DNA of 64,000 bases, taken from Heptranchias perlo (lineage: Eukaryota). A program made the position numbers and the translations under genes. The stretch is taken from the NCBI RefSeq assembly GCF_035084215.1, contig NC_090359.1:20398001-20462000 (forward strand), read 5' to 3'. The notes below the pieces were generated by a model, which saw only the letters and a list, made by a program, of their open reading frames with translations, did no database searches and had not been told where the DNA came from. Shown here piece after piece: positions 1 to 11,431 of the stretch; the stretch's first letter is position 1; the number at the start of each line of letters is the position of its first letter.

Positions 1-401
1 CCAGAAAGTTCCTTTGCAGTGGGGAGGAACACCCTCACCAGTCCGTGTGCTGCTTTTCTGGGGTGACACGGCGGAGGCCCGGGTGAGCTGGTGTAACTCC
101 GTCAGCAGGGAATGGGCCCCATTGACCCAGGAAGAAGGAGGTCTCTGATTCCACCCCGAGCTGTGCTCGGCCTCACTCGGAGATGTTTGATTCTGTCCTG
201 GAAAATAACGGGCAAATGAAGAATCGATCAGAGTGATAAATGTGTTCGAGGATTCATTAAAACAGGAGCACTCTCGGATTGAGAGTTTATTCTCGGTGTA
301 AATGTTATGGTCATTGAGGTGAGGGATGTTATTGCTGGAAAATGGGACAGGTTTGATTTGAAGACTGTCAAGGCGGACAAATTCAAGGTCAACCACAGAA
401 C

Positions 402-739
402 GGGTTAGATAGAGAGTAAAGCTCCCTCTACACTGTCCCATCAAACACCCCCAGGGCAGGTACAGCACGGGTTAGATACAGAGTAAAGCTCCCTCAACAC
501 TGTCCCATCAAACACTCCCAGGGCAGGTACAGCACGGGTTAGATACAGAGTAAAGCTCCCTCAACACTGTCCCATCAAACACTCCCAGGGCAGGTACAGC
601 ACGGGTTAGATACAGAGTAAAGCTCCCTCAACACTGTCCCATCAAACACTCCCAGGGCAGGTACAGCACGGGTTAGATACAGAGTAAAGCTCCCTCTACA
701 CTGTCCCATCAAACACTCCCAGGGCAGGTACAGCACGGG
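402..739 (+). repeat. 67-bp tandem satellite, 5 units (2 more at ~2175-2310 after the LINE)
   Basis: Unit gggttagatacagagtaaagctccctctacactgtcccatcaaacactcccagggcaggtacagcac starts at 402, 469, 536, 603, 670. Confidence 0.95.
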
Positions 740-2166
740 TTGGAACTAGCTGCGTCTCTAGTCAAGCTGTTCCAGTACAGCTACAACACTGGCATCTACT
801 CGACAATGTGGAAAGTTGCCCAGATATGTCCTGTCCACAAAAAGCAGGACAAATCAAATCCGGCCAATTACCGCCCTATCAGTCTACTCTCAATCATCAG
901 CAAAGTGATGGAAGGTGTTATCGACAGTGCTATCAAGCGGCACTTACTCTCCAATAACCTGCTCACCAATGCTCGGTGGCCCAAACATGGACAAAATTCC
1001 AGAGGTGAGGTGAGAGTGACTGCCCTTGACATCAAGGCAGCATTTGACCGAGTGTGGCACCAAGGAGCCCTTGTAAAATTGAAGTCAATGGGAATCAGGG
1101 GGAAAACTCTCCAGTGGCTGAAGTCATATCTAGCACAAAGGAAGATGGTAGTGGTTGTTGGAGGCCAATCAGCTCAGCCCCAGGACATTGCTGCAGGAGT
1201 TCCTCAGGGCAGTGTCCGAGGCCCAACCATTTTCAGCTGCTTCACCAATGACCTTCCCTCCATCATAAGGTCAGAAATGGGGATGATTGCACAGTGTTCA
1301 GTTCCATTCGCAACCCCTCAGATAATGAAGCAGTCTGTGCCCGCATGCAGCAAGACCTGGACAACATCCAGACTTGGGCTGATAAGTGGCAAGTAACATT
1401 CGCGCCAGATAAGTGCCAGGCAATGACCATCTCCAAGAAGAGAGAGTCTAACCACCTCCCCTTGACATTCAACGGCATTACCATCGCCAAATCCCCCACA
1501 ATCAACATCCTGGGGGTCACCATTGACCAGAAACTTAACTGGACCAGCCATATAAATACTGTGGCTACAAGAGCAGGTCAGAGGCTGGGTATTCTGCGAC
1601 GAGTGACTCACCTCCTGACTCCCCAAAGCCTTTCCACCATCTACAAGGCTCAAGTCAGGAGTGTGATGGAATACTCTCCACTTGCCTGGATAAGTGCAGC
1701 TCCAACAACACTCAAGAAGCTCGACACCATCCAGGATAAAGCAGCCCGCTTGATTGGCACCCCATCCACCACCCTGAACATTCACTCCCTTCACCACCGG
1801 CACACTGTGGCTGCAGTGTGTACCATCCACAGGATGCACTGCAGCAACTCGCCAAGGCTTCTTCGACAGCACCTCCCAAACCCACGACCTCTACCACCTA
1901 GAAGGACAAGAGCAGCAGGTACATGGGAACAACACCACCTGCACGTTCCCCTCCAAGTCACACACCATCCCGACTTGGAAATATATCGCCGTTCCTTCAT
2001 CGTCGCTGGGTCAAAATCCTGGAACTCCCTTCCTAACAGCACTGTGGGAGAACCGTCACCACACGGACTGCAGCGGTTCAAGAAGGCGGCTCACCACCAC
2101 CTTCTCCAGGGCAATAAATGCTGGCCTCGCCAGTGACGGCACATCCCATGAATTAATAAAAATAAA
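740..2166 (+). mobile_element. 5'-truncated, decayed CR1-group non-LTR retrotransposon (RT and 3' end) inserted in the 67-bp satellite
   Basis: RT motifs NYRPISLLS, ALDIKAAFDRVWH, GVPQGS; the catalytic (F/Y)ADD region is disrupted by a frameshifting deletion near 1280-1290; C-terminal ORF 1294-2136; A-rich tail 2150-2166. Confidence 0.9.
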
Positions 2167-2309
2167 TACAGATCGGGTGAGATACAGAGTAAAGCTCCCT
2201 CTACACTGTCCCATCAAACACTCCCAGGGTGGGTACAGCACGGGTGAGATACAGAGTAAAGCTCCCTCTACACTGTCCCATCAAACACTCCCAGGGTGGG
2301 TACAGCACG

Positions 2310-2645
2310 GGTCAGGTGCAGTGTAACTCTCCCTCTGATCTACGTAAACAGGATACTCAAATCGCACCCTCAGAGGAGCGCTCCCTATTACCGCCCCCTC
2401 CCTCCCACAAACTCTGCATTTCTTCAAGTCCAGCCTCTTCTCCATCCCCCACTCCCTTTTCCCCATCATTTCCTGTCCTGCCTTCAGCCGTTTAAATCCC
2501 ACACTCTGGAATGTCCTCCCTAATCCCCTCCACCCTCCCCAATATCTCCTTTGGTTCGCTGTCGATTTCTCTCTGATTACACCTCTGTGAAGGACCTTGG
2601 GATGTTTCGCTCCGTTAAAGGGGTGATATAATCACAAGTTATTGT
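2310..2645 (+). mobile_element. Degenerate L2-like LINE 3' end (also ~19350-19683 and ~28328-28661)
   Basis: ctctggaat..cctccctaa...cctctgtgaag..ccttgggatgttt...gttaaagg..g.tatataa..caagtt resembles the L2-like tail at 53060-53500. Confidence 0.6.
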
Positions 2646-3054
2646 TCCCCCAGTGTGACAGGCCCCATTCCCCATCACCCCATTTATCAGACTGGACCAA
2701 ACAGGACAATTGGAATGAGAGTTACTTTGCCTCTACTTTGGAGTTTGAGTTTGGACAGTCTGATTCCTCTCCATGATGTCCTTTTAGTTACCAGCAGGGG
2801 GTGGGCGAGGGGGCCCTTGTCCTGTTTTGCAGGCCACGGGTCAGGGGCAATGGGCAAAGCTCAGTCCCACAGTGATCATCTATAAGGGCCCCCTCCCCAC
2901 AAGGGACAGGACCCCACCAACAAGAACAAACAGTCTGCCTGAACCAACATCCCAAAGTACATGAAAACTGACCAAAGCCCCAACTTTCAGATCCGGTTCA
3001 ACGAGGCGACGATCCCGCCCGGCTCCGGCCAGTTGTAGAAGCTGCCGGAAAACC

Positions 3055-3385
3055 CATCCGACGCTGAGTGCCCGCGCGCCAGGCTCCCTGGGCAGGAGCG
3101 TGCGGTGCCCACCGATAGGCTCGAGGCCTTCCACGACCGGTGGGCACCGCAAGGAATGGAGCGAATTATTGAGAGGAGCAGCAATATTAGGATTTAGCTT
3201 TAGTTATAAGTCTCCTTTTGTTTTGTTGAAAGTACATTTTCCGTTTGACTTCCTTCATTAGTGGCGCCCCTTAAAATGGTCGGGGGAGGGGCGGGGGGGC
3301 GGGGTGGTCGGGGGGATGGGCGGGGTGGGGGGAGGTGTAAATTTGTGCAACTCAGTGTCGTCCTTATGGCCTGTTTAATAAAAAG
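3055..3385 (+). mobile_element. Tx1-like LINE 3' fragment (i) with G-rich 3' UTR; also ~20093-20495 and ~29071-29410
   Basis: Encodes ERAVPTDRLEAFHDRWAPQGME, matching the EHAVSAGTLEAFRDRWAPQGLE C-terminus of the neighbouring fragments, then a stop and T/G-rich UTR. Confidence 0.7.
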
Positions 3386-3516
3386 AGGCTCCCTGGGTCG
3401 GAGCCACAGACTGTCACCCTCCCAGACAACAATCCCATTCGATCAACGATAATTAATTCATCAGTCTCTAAGGGTAAAGGACTCCCCACCCCCGGCAATA
3501 AATCCATTCGTTCTGT

Positions 3517-4452
3517 CTTTTTTTTGTTTAAGCCCCTTATAAAGTGGAGGGAGGGGGTTTAGAGATAAACGTGTCCCAGTTTTTTTATTGATGATGGGAG
3601 ACCCGTGTCATCCCGACAGATCAATTAGAAAAAAGAACCAAATTCAATCATAATTTTATTGTCTGTAACCACGATGCACTCCGGTCCCTGCGGTACCCAC
3701 CGGTCGGGGAAAGCCTCGAGGGTACCGGCAGACACCGCGTGCTCCCTCTCCAGGGCCACCCGGGCGCGGAGAATGCCGCGGAAGAGAGGCAGAGAGTCGG
3801 AGCGACCGCCCCCACGGGCCACAACCAACCTGGACCTGTGGATAGCCACCTTGGACAGGCCCAGGAGCAGGCCCACGAGGACGTCCACCGACCTGCCCGC
3901 CCCTCCCTCCTCACCGGGCGGCCAAAGATCAGGAGCGTGGGACTCAAGTGCAGCCAGAACTTGAGGAGCTGCCCCTTTAAATACGAAACTTTTAATAAGA
4001 AATTTTTTTTTTTTTCTTTTTTTTTGTGTATTAGGCCCCCCTTTTATAAGAAGGAGGGGGTGTGGGGTGTGGTTAAATACTAAAAACCAAATAAACCAAA
4101 ACCAAGTGTTCAAATTAAAATTTTATTCTCCTCGTCCAGGATGCACTCCAGCCCCTGCGGTGCCCACCGGCCGCGGAAAGCCTCGAGGGTACCGGCAGAC
4201 ACCGCGTGCTCCATCTCCAGGGCCACCCGGGCGCGAAGCATTCCGCGGAAGAGAGGCAGACAGGCCGAGTGACCGCCCCCACGGACCACGATCCTCCTAG
4301 ACCTGTGGATGGCCACCTTGGACAGGCCCAGGAGCAGGCCCACGAGAACGTCCACCGACCTGCCCGCCCCCCTCCTCACCGGGCGGCCAAAGATCAGGAG
4401 CGTGGGACTGAAGTGCAGCCAGAACTTGAGGAGCTGCCCCTTTAAATACGAA
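3517..4452 (-). mobile_element. Two tandem Tx1-like LINE 3' fragments (ii ~3517-3987; iii ~4003-4452)
   Basis: Minus strand encodes YLKGQLLKFWLH.SPTLLIFGRPVRR...LLLGLSKVAIHRSR...LPLFRG.LRARVALE.EHAVSAGTLEAF..RW.PQG.EC, which I recognise as a Tx1-clade ORF2 C-terminus; poly(A) tails seen as T runs at ~3517-3525 and ~4003-4025. Confidence 0.75.
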
Positions 4453-4506
4453 ACTTTTAATAAGAAATTGTTGTCACGAGGTTAGTCTATCGATCTCGTT
4501 GAGCCT

Positions 4507-4551
4507 CATCTGGTCCAATTGGAGTCAGGTGAGTGCAGGTTGTGTATAAAA
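4507..4551 (+). promoter_or_regulatory. Type-A zp3 core promoter
   Basis: E-box CATCTG 4507, palindromic CCAATTGG 4515, E-box CAGGTG 4526, TATAAAA 4545, 51 nt before the ATG; core conserved in all six copies. Confidence 0.8.
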
Positions 4552-4595
4552 GGTGCTGGTTGGTCAGTAAAGTGATAGTTGAGTTGTTTGGTATC

Positions 4596-7468
4596 ATGGG
4601 GGATTGTGTGGTGAGGGGTTTAGTCCCAGTGCTGGTGTTAGTCGGATCTGTTTGTTGCTCTGATATTTGGCAACAGTTTAGAGACCAGAGATTTCCATGG
4701 AGAAGAGTAAAACCCACCCCTGTACCCCAGAGAGTCCCTCCCCCTGGGCCTCCCTTTGGTTCCCATTTCAGCCTGTCTGAGGGGAGAAGTCTGTCCCCAC
4801 TGCAGACTGTGATGGTGCAGTGTGGAGAGCAGAACCTCCTGGTGAGGGTAAACATGGATTTATTTGGAACCAGGCACCTGATTAAAGCTGCTGACCTGAC
4901 CCTGGGGTCAGCAGGTTGTCGGCCAACTGGGGTCTACTCTCAGAACCACACCGTCCTCTTTGACTATGGGCTCCATGAATGTGGCAGCAGATTGCAGGTA
5001 ATGTGATTCCTCAACTCTTGCTCCAATTTCCCTGTGTAGATTACTCCTCACTCTGAGCTCATTAACATTGGGTGAAACTCCAGCCACTTAGTTTGAGGAG
5101 ATCCCTGAACTCTTCCTCCAATCCCTGTACAGGTTCTTGACATGTTAACTCACACCCAGTGTGAAACTACTTTGTTGACATGTCTCTTATCTTTTATTTA
5201 AATAAGATTCTAATTTGTCTCCTAGACTCTACAACTTTCTTCAACTGGTCTTTCCTATTCTCTAACTTTGATTTTCAATTCTATTGGCCTTGCACCTTCA
5301 CCTACATTTCCCCAAACAAGTCCTTCCTTTTGTTCCTCTGTAGATTTATCCTTTTCCTTCACATGGATATTCTGGTCTGTTGCCTCAACTTCAGGTCAAT
5401 GGATGTTCAGTGTTGTCGAACCTGTTGGGACTTCTCTTGAAAGACTAAACTCGTGGGATAATTGGGCGACAATGTATTAAAGGGGAACTCCACTTTTGGT
5501 TCTTAGACCTGCCGACCCCCTCCATGATTCCACGGACACAGATGAGGTTTAAAAGTGATGTGGTGTTTAGTGCTCCATCCCAGGGGTCAATTGAAGCCCC
5601 TTACGGTGGAAGCTCTATTCTATATCGGGTAGAATTCTCATCTAACCTGGCCGAGCCAAATCATTTCAGGGTTTCTGACTGCAGGCCTGAAGTCCCCTGT
5701 AATAGAAGGTGGACTGAGCAGAGTAACAGAGGCTGCTCCAGGCAACTTCGCTCAATGGTGGAGCTGCTTCAATCATGTGTCATTGGGGAGCAACTGAAAC
5801 CCCTCAAACTGCTGCTTAACAGGGTAGGAAAATGACCAGAAATAGCTTTTGTCCAATGAGACCAGCTCTTCATTCCTTCACCTGATGTCTTTCAGATGGC
5901 TGGAGATTTCCTGGTCTACACCACCCACCTGAACCACACCCCAAATGCTGGTGGATCAGTTATTGTGAGAACTAATGGAGCTGTCATTCCCATCCAGTGC
6001 CACTATTTGAGGTAAGAATCTTTACTCTGTTGCAAATCTGATCTGCTGCTGCTGTAGTGCTCTGAACTTGTCCTGAAATGAGTCCACTGTCCTTTCCAGG
6101 AAGGGCAATGTGAGCAGTAACCCCATCAAGCCCACCTGGATCCCATTCAGCTCGACCAAGTCTGGAGAAGGGCTTCTGTCATTCTCACTGCGTCTAATGA
6201 ATGGTATGTGATGGGTGGACGGGGAGGGCTTTCCTGTCGTTGCCCAATGGGAGTTACACCCACTGTCTCCAACTCTTGTTCTTCAGATGATTGGCTTACA
6301 GAGCGCACCTCGACTGTCTACTACCTGGGTGACCTCATTCACATTGAGGCCTCTGTTTCAATGACCAACCACATGCCCCTGAAGCTCTACATTGACAGCT
6401 GTGCAGCTACATTGAGCCCAGACAAGGATTCCACCCCAAGATACAACATCATTGAGTACCATGGGTAAGGAGCTCTCTGCTTTCTCCAGCTGCTCTCCTC
6501 CCAATGGCTTCACTTGATTCACTTCATGGCCCTTTTTTTGAATCTTCAGTTGCCTCCTGGACAGCAAAGCCGAGGACTCCTTTTCAACCTTTGTGTTGCC
6601 CAGAGATGAACATGAGCTGGACAAACTCCAGTTTGACCTGGATGCGTTCCGTTTCTTTGGAGATGACCGTTCCCTGGTAAGAGGAAGCCGATCATTGGGT
6701 TCCCCATGTTGGGAGGGGAGTCACTGAATAACAACTTGTATTGAATGTGTCCCTCAGATTTTCATCACCTGTCACCTGAAAGTTGCTGCAGTGGATCGGA
6801 GAGATTCCATGAACAAAGCTTGTACTTTCCACAAGATGCAGAATGTGTAAGTTCCCTTTCTCCCACGGGGATGTGTTGTGTGAAGTGATGCACAACCTGG
6901 TTGATAAACTGATTCTCTGGTTTAGCTGGACCCCATTGGAAGAATCGACCAATGACGTATGTGCCTGTTGTCATCTGGGCAACTGCAGTGTCACGAGGGA
7001 ATTCCGATTTGATTCCAGAGGAAGGAGGGATCTTGTATCTGGACCTGGTAGGACATTGATCCTCTCTATGTTGGAGGTCACCCTTTACCCTCTCTAACTG
7101 GAATGTTTGATATTGCAGAGAGTGATGCTGAATTGAAGTGGGAGGGTGAGGCCTCACTTGGACCCCTGGTCATTCTGGATCCTGATGTGACAGACCTGGC
7201 AACTGAGCCCCTGAATGAGGTTGAGCAAAGGATGCAGGAGAGGTCTCCAGGTGGTGAGTTGGCCGACTGCTAGTTCCCATTTTCCCCTCAGTATTTCCTT
7301 CTCTCACCATTGGTTTCTTGTTGCTTTTTAGGTGTGGAGTCTGAGGTGGTCCTGATCTTGGCCCTGAGTGTGAGCGCTGTCTCTCTGATCTCTGCTTCTT
7401 TGATCGCCTTGTTCCTGTACAGGAAACACAAGCCAACCCAGTTCAACTCGTTATCAAATGACCAATAA
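4596..7468 (+). CDS. zp3: Zona pellucida ZP3 (ZPC)-like protein, copy 1 (exon-1 type A, 3' type X), 469 aa
   Basis: Exons 4596-4997, 5896-6011, 6100-6203, 6287-6464, 6550-6676, 6758-6846, 6926-7047, 7119-7253, 7332-7468; all GT-AG and in phase. Signal peptide, ZP-N (4 Cys), IHP FSLRLM, ZP-C with CACC..GNC, furin site RGRR (7017-7028), [15 protein letters not shown] helix; AATAAA 7464. Confidence 0.93.
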
Positions 7469-7859
7469 AGCAGTGACTACTTGTATCTTCTAATGGCTGG
7501 TTGCTCATTTGTCACTGGATGTTGTGTGGGCTGGAGACAGACAATAAGTGCCAGTCATCAAATAATCAATAAAGTGATTGAATGAGGAACAAATCTCATT
7601 GCAGTGAATTTCATTTGGTTACTGACTGAAGACTAGTGTAATAACTAGCTATACAAATGTTCCATGTTCATTGTTGATGAAATGTCTATTGGTCTTGAGG
7701 GGTTCTCCTGGTCTTGAGTATCTGTGGTGTGAGTTTGACCAGCCTGACTGTAGTCTCCCTGATCGTCTGACCGTGGGGATATTGAGTCCCACTGAACTGT
7801 GCCAAGTTCTCAGTGATTGGGAGCATTTTGTAAATTGATTTGCTGGTCTTGTCATAGGA

Positions 7860-9125
7860 TCATGTTCTACCATTCAATTAGATCATGGCTAATCTCTTAA
7901 CCCCCATCGACTCACCTTGGTTCCATAAACCCTCAATACCCTTACCTAACACACACCTATTGATCAGTTTTGAAATTCTCAATTAATCCCCTTCACCAGC
8001 TTTTGGGAGAAAATTCGAGATTTCCACTCCCCTTTGTGTGAATTGCTTCCTAGTTCTAATTTTAAGGTTATGCGCCTTTGTTCTGGACTCTACTGACGAG
8101 TCGGAATAGTTTCTCTCTCTCATCCCCATCAAATCCTTCAATCATCTTAAACATCTCAATTAAATCACCCCTTTACCTTCTGCACACAGGGAATACAAGC
8201 CCAGTGTGTGCAACCTGTCCTCATAACTTAACCCTTTTAGCTCCAGTATCCTTCCTGAGCTTCGCTACCCAGAACTGAACGCAGTATTTAAATGGGGTCT
8301 GACCAGAGCTTTATATAACTGTAGCATAATTTCCATCCCTCGTGAGATAAAGACCAACATTCCTTTAGCCTGCTAAATTATTTTTGGTACCTGTCCACTA
8401 GCTTTCAGTGATTCCTGTACAGGGACCCCTCCATCTCTCTGCTCCTCCACAGTTCCGAGCTTCTCCCCATTTTGAAAATACTCTGATCTTTCTTGGGTGT
8501 AAAGTGGGTGATCTCACCCTCCCCCCATGGTGAACTCCACCAGCCACGGTTTTGCCCACTCACTTAATCTATCAATGTCCCTTTGAAACGTTCTACACTA
8601 TTTATTGTGTCACCTCACTTTGTGTCATCAGTAAACTTGGATATACAGCTCTCTATTCCTTCATCCAAGTCTGTTATAGATAGAGTGAAAAGCTGAGGCC
8701 CCAGTACAGATCCCTGGGGGACACCACTGGTCACATCCTGCCAATTTGAGTACAGACCCATTATCCCCACCCTGTCTCCTAACCAATTCTCTACCCTCAT
8801 CAATAGGTTGCCTCAAATTCCAGATATTTCTCATTTTTGTGACTAGTCTCTTATGTGGAACGCTATCGAATGCCTCCTGGAATTCCACATAAATAACATC
8901 CATGAACATTCCCTCATCTACCCCGTTAGTGACCTCAACAAATTTAACTGGGTTTGTTAAACATGACTTATCCTTTACAATCCATGCTGGCTCCATCTTG
9001 ATCCAAGTGCTCAGTCACTGCCCCTGACAACAGATTCCAGTCGATTAATGTCTCTCATTATCTCTCCTCCCAATAATGGAGTGACATTGGCAATTTTCCA
9101 ATCCAAGGGGACAATTCCTGAGGAA
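7860..9125 (-). mobile_element. Decayed CR1 LINE fragment (also ~33420-34725 and ~41100-42400)
   Basis: Minus-strand RT remnants [34 protein letters not shown](T/A)DDTK, with frameshifts. Confidence 0.85.
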
Positions 9126-9349
9126 TCTTATCTCCAATAAAAAGTGCCCCTGGGAAGGAGGCACCCCCTTGAGTTGCTGAACATCTCGATGTGACATCAG
9201 TGTAGAATCTACATCTTTTATCTAAAAAGAGCAAACTACCCACTAAACAGCCGGGGCCCAATTGTGATTCAGTTACAGTACTGGGTCACCAACAGCAGGT
9301 GGCACAGCACCCACACCAATTATAATGAGCACATCCTTGTCCCCCGAGT

Positions 9350-9905
9350 GGCACTGCCCGGTCACTACAGGAGCCGGGCACCGCCCGGTCACTGCAGGAG
9401 CCGGGCACTGCCCGGTCACAACAGGAGCTGGGCACTGCCCGGTCACAACAGGAGCTGGGCACTGCCCGGTCACTACAGGAGCTGGGCACTGCCCGGTCAC
9501 AACAGGAGCTGGGCACTGCCCGGTCACAACAGGAGCTGGGCACTGCCCGGTCACTACAGGAGCTGGGCACTGCCCGGTCACCACAGGAGCTGGGCACTGC
9601 CCGGTCACCACTGGAGCCGGGCACTGCCCGGTCACTACAGGAGCCGGGCACTGCCGGTCACCACAGGAGCCGGGCACTGCCCGGTCACCACAGGAGCCGG
9701 GCACTGCCCGGTCACCACTGGAGCCGGGCACTGCCCGGTCACTACAGGAGCCGGGCACTGCCCGGTCACCACAGGAGCCGGGCACTGCCCAGTCACCACA
9801 AGAGCTGGGCACTGCCCGGTCAATACAGGAGCTGGGCACTGCCCGGTCATTACACAAGCTGGGCACTGTCTGGTCACTACTGGAGCTGGGCACTGCCCGG
9901 TCACT
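9350..9905. repeat. 27-bp GC-rich VNTR, ~20 units
   Basis: Unit ggcactgcccggtcacNacWggagcYg; one unit with a 1-bp deletion near 9655. Confidence 0.95.
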
Positions 9906-10194
9906 GTCCCCTGTGTGAAAACTCTTGTGAATATTAACTTATTACTGTGAATACAGAGAGACGCCGGGACAACAAAGGAAAAGTCTGACAGTCTCACCCG
10001 GGTTTACTGAGAGTTTGCACAAAGTCTCGAGCACAACATACAAACGATGGCTGTGCATTTATAACCTGCCTTCTCCAGCCTCCCAATACATGCGCAGAAT
10101 TATAGAAGCTGTTATCTGGGCCGAATGGCCTACTCCTGCTCCTATTTTCCATGTAAACCAATCCACATTGTATTTTCTCACAGCAAGACCCCCT

Positions 10195-10790
10195 GCAGAC
10201 ACTATTTCGAAGGAGAGCGGGGGAGTTCTCCCCGGTGTCCAGATTATCTGGTGATTATCTCATTGCTGTTTGTGGGATCTTGCTGTGCGCAAATTGGCTG
10301 CTGCGTTTCCTACATTACAACAGTGACTACACTTAACAAAATACTAAGGGTGTGGGGGGATATACAGACTGGGACAAGCCTTCTGACACTTGCTGTCTCC
10401 GATCGCACAGGAGGAGCAGTCACTTGATCGAACAACAGGACGTCCCAAAGCGTTTTACAGCCAATGAAGTACTTTTTGAAGTGCAGTCACTGTTGTAATG
10501 TGGGAAACGCAGCAGCCAACTTGCACACAGCAAGATCCCACAAACAGCAGTGAGATAAATGACCAGATTATCTGTTTTAGTGATAATGGTTGAGGGATAA
10601 ATATTGGCCAGGACACGGGGAGAACTCCTCTCTCTTCTTCGAAATAGAGGGCGTGGGATCTTTTACGTCCACCTGAGAGGGGCCTCCGTTTAACATCTCA
10701 ACGGAAAGACGGCCCCTCCGACGGTGCAGCACTCCCTCAGTACGGGCACTGGGGGTGTCGGCCTGGATAATGTGCTCAAGTCTCTGGATT
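10195..10790. mobile_element. Inverted pair of Deu-domain-like (SacSINE1/AmnSINE1-type) tRNA SINE fragments: + 10195-10334, - 10433-10790; also ~36660-37260 and ~43285-43883
   Basis: Same body (gatcttgctgtgcgcaaattggctgc..cgtttcctacattacaacagtgac) as the fuller SINE copies at 50175 and 58538. Confidence 0.75.
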
Positions 10791-11170
10791 GGGGCCACCC
10801 AGTGAGGAAGGGGGGGGGCGGGCAGGTCGAAGGATCTCCTCGTGGGCCTGCTCCTGGGCCTGGCCAAGGTGACCATCCACAGGTCCAGGTTGGACACGGC
10901 CTGTGGGGTGCAGTCTCTCCGACTGTCTGCCTCTTTTCCGCGGCGTTCTCCGCGCCCGGGTGACCCCTGGAGAGGGAGCACGCGGTGTTTGCCGGTACGC
11001 TCGAGGCTTTCCGCGGCCGGTGGGCACCGCAGGGACCGGAGCGCCTATCGTTCAGTATTATGATTGAATTTGATAAGTTTCCTTTGCTTTTTTATGATTT
11101 GGGTGATTATCGTTTGTGCCCCTCTCAGGAGGGGGCACTTTAGTTGAGATTGGTTGTTAGGGGGGTTTTT
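10790..11170 (+). mobile_element. Tx1-like LINE 3' fragment (iv); also ~37261-37640 and ~43884-44270
   Basis: Encodes GHPVRK...LLVGLLLGLAKVTIHRSR...EHAVFAGTLEAFRGRWAPQG (frameshifted); 3' UTR hairpin gtgcccct..aggggggcac ~11116-11138. Confidence 0.75.
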
Positions 11171-11381
11171 ATGATGGTGACACAAGAAGAGGAGACCCAG
11201 ATTGTCTGCAACCTGGACTAATTCCATTGGATCATCTCCCAATCACTAACCCAGTCTCTCCGTGTGAAGATCTTTTGCGAGACCAACCAATGAGTGAGAT
11301 TGTTGGAAGATGTCATGAGATTAGTCTATTGGTCGTTTATCCAATTGGTGTCAGGTGACTGACTACAGGCTGTGTATAAAA
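11149..11381 (+). promoter_or_regulatory. Type-B zp3 promoter with CCAAT cluster
   Basis: ATTGG/CCAAT at 11149, 11226, 11239, 11287, 11328; CCAATTGG 11341; CAGGTG 11352; TATAAAA 11375. Confidence 0.8.
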
Positions 11382-11431
11382 GGGATCAGTGACTCCCTTC
11401 AGTTCCCAGTTGAGCTGTAATAGTTTGTATT

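Larger units (their letters stand above)
1..4595. repeat. Intergenic spacer type Y, partial copy (segmental-duplication unit preceding type-A zp3 promoters)
   Basis: Position 1 (ccagaaagttcctttgcagt) recurs at 17101 and 27391; near-identical and colinear with 17101-21701 and 27391-30151, implying another zp3 copy left of the window. Confidence 0.95.
7524..11431. repeat. Intergenic spacer type X, copy 1 (precedes type-B promoters)
   Basis: Colinear and near-identical with ~33078-37901 and ~40763-44526 apart from VNTR length. Confidence 0.95.

Noticed and set aside
402-739. 67-bp and 27-bp arrays as CRISPR
   Set aside because: Units are contiguous with no unique spacers, there are no cas genes, and the context is eukaryotic.
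740-2136. Functional reverse transcriptase gene
   Set aside because: 5'-truncated, internally deleted, and the catalytic DD motif is frameshifted.
4533-4595. ORF-track N-terminal extension MQVVYKR.. of type-A exon 1
   Set aside because: Starts at GTG upstream of the TATA box; ATG 4596 gives a proper signal peptide.
5180-5835. Recurrent ORFs in zp3 intron 1
   Set aside because: They recur only because of recent duplication, and are broken by stops or indels in copies 3, 4 and 5.
7251-7253. Alternative exon-8 donor at 7251 (gtggtg)
   Set aside because: gtgagt at 7254 is the better consensus; both are in phase and differ by one Gly.
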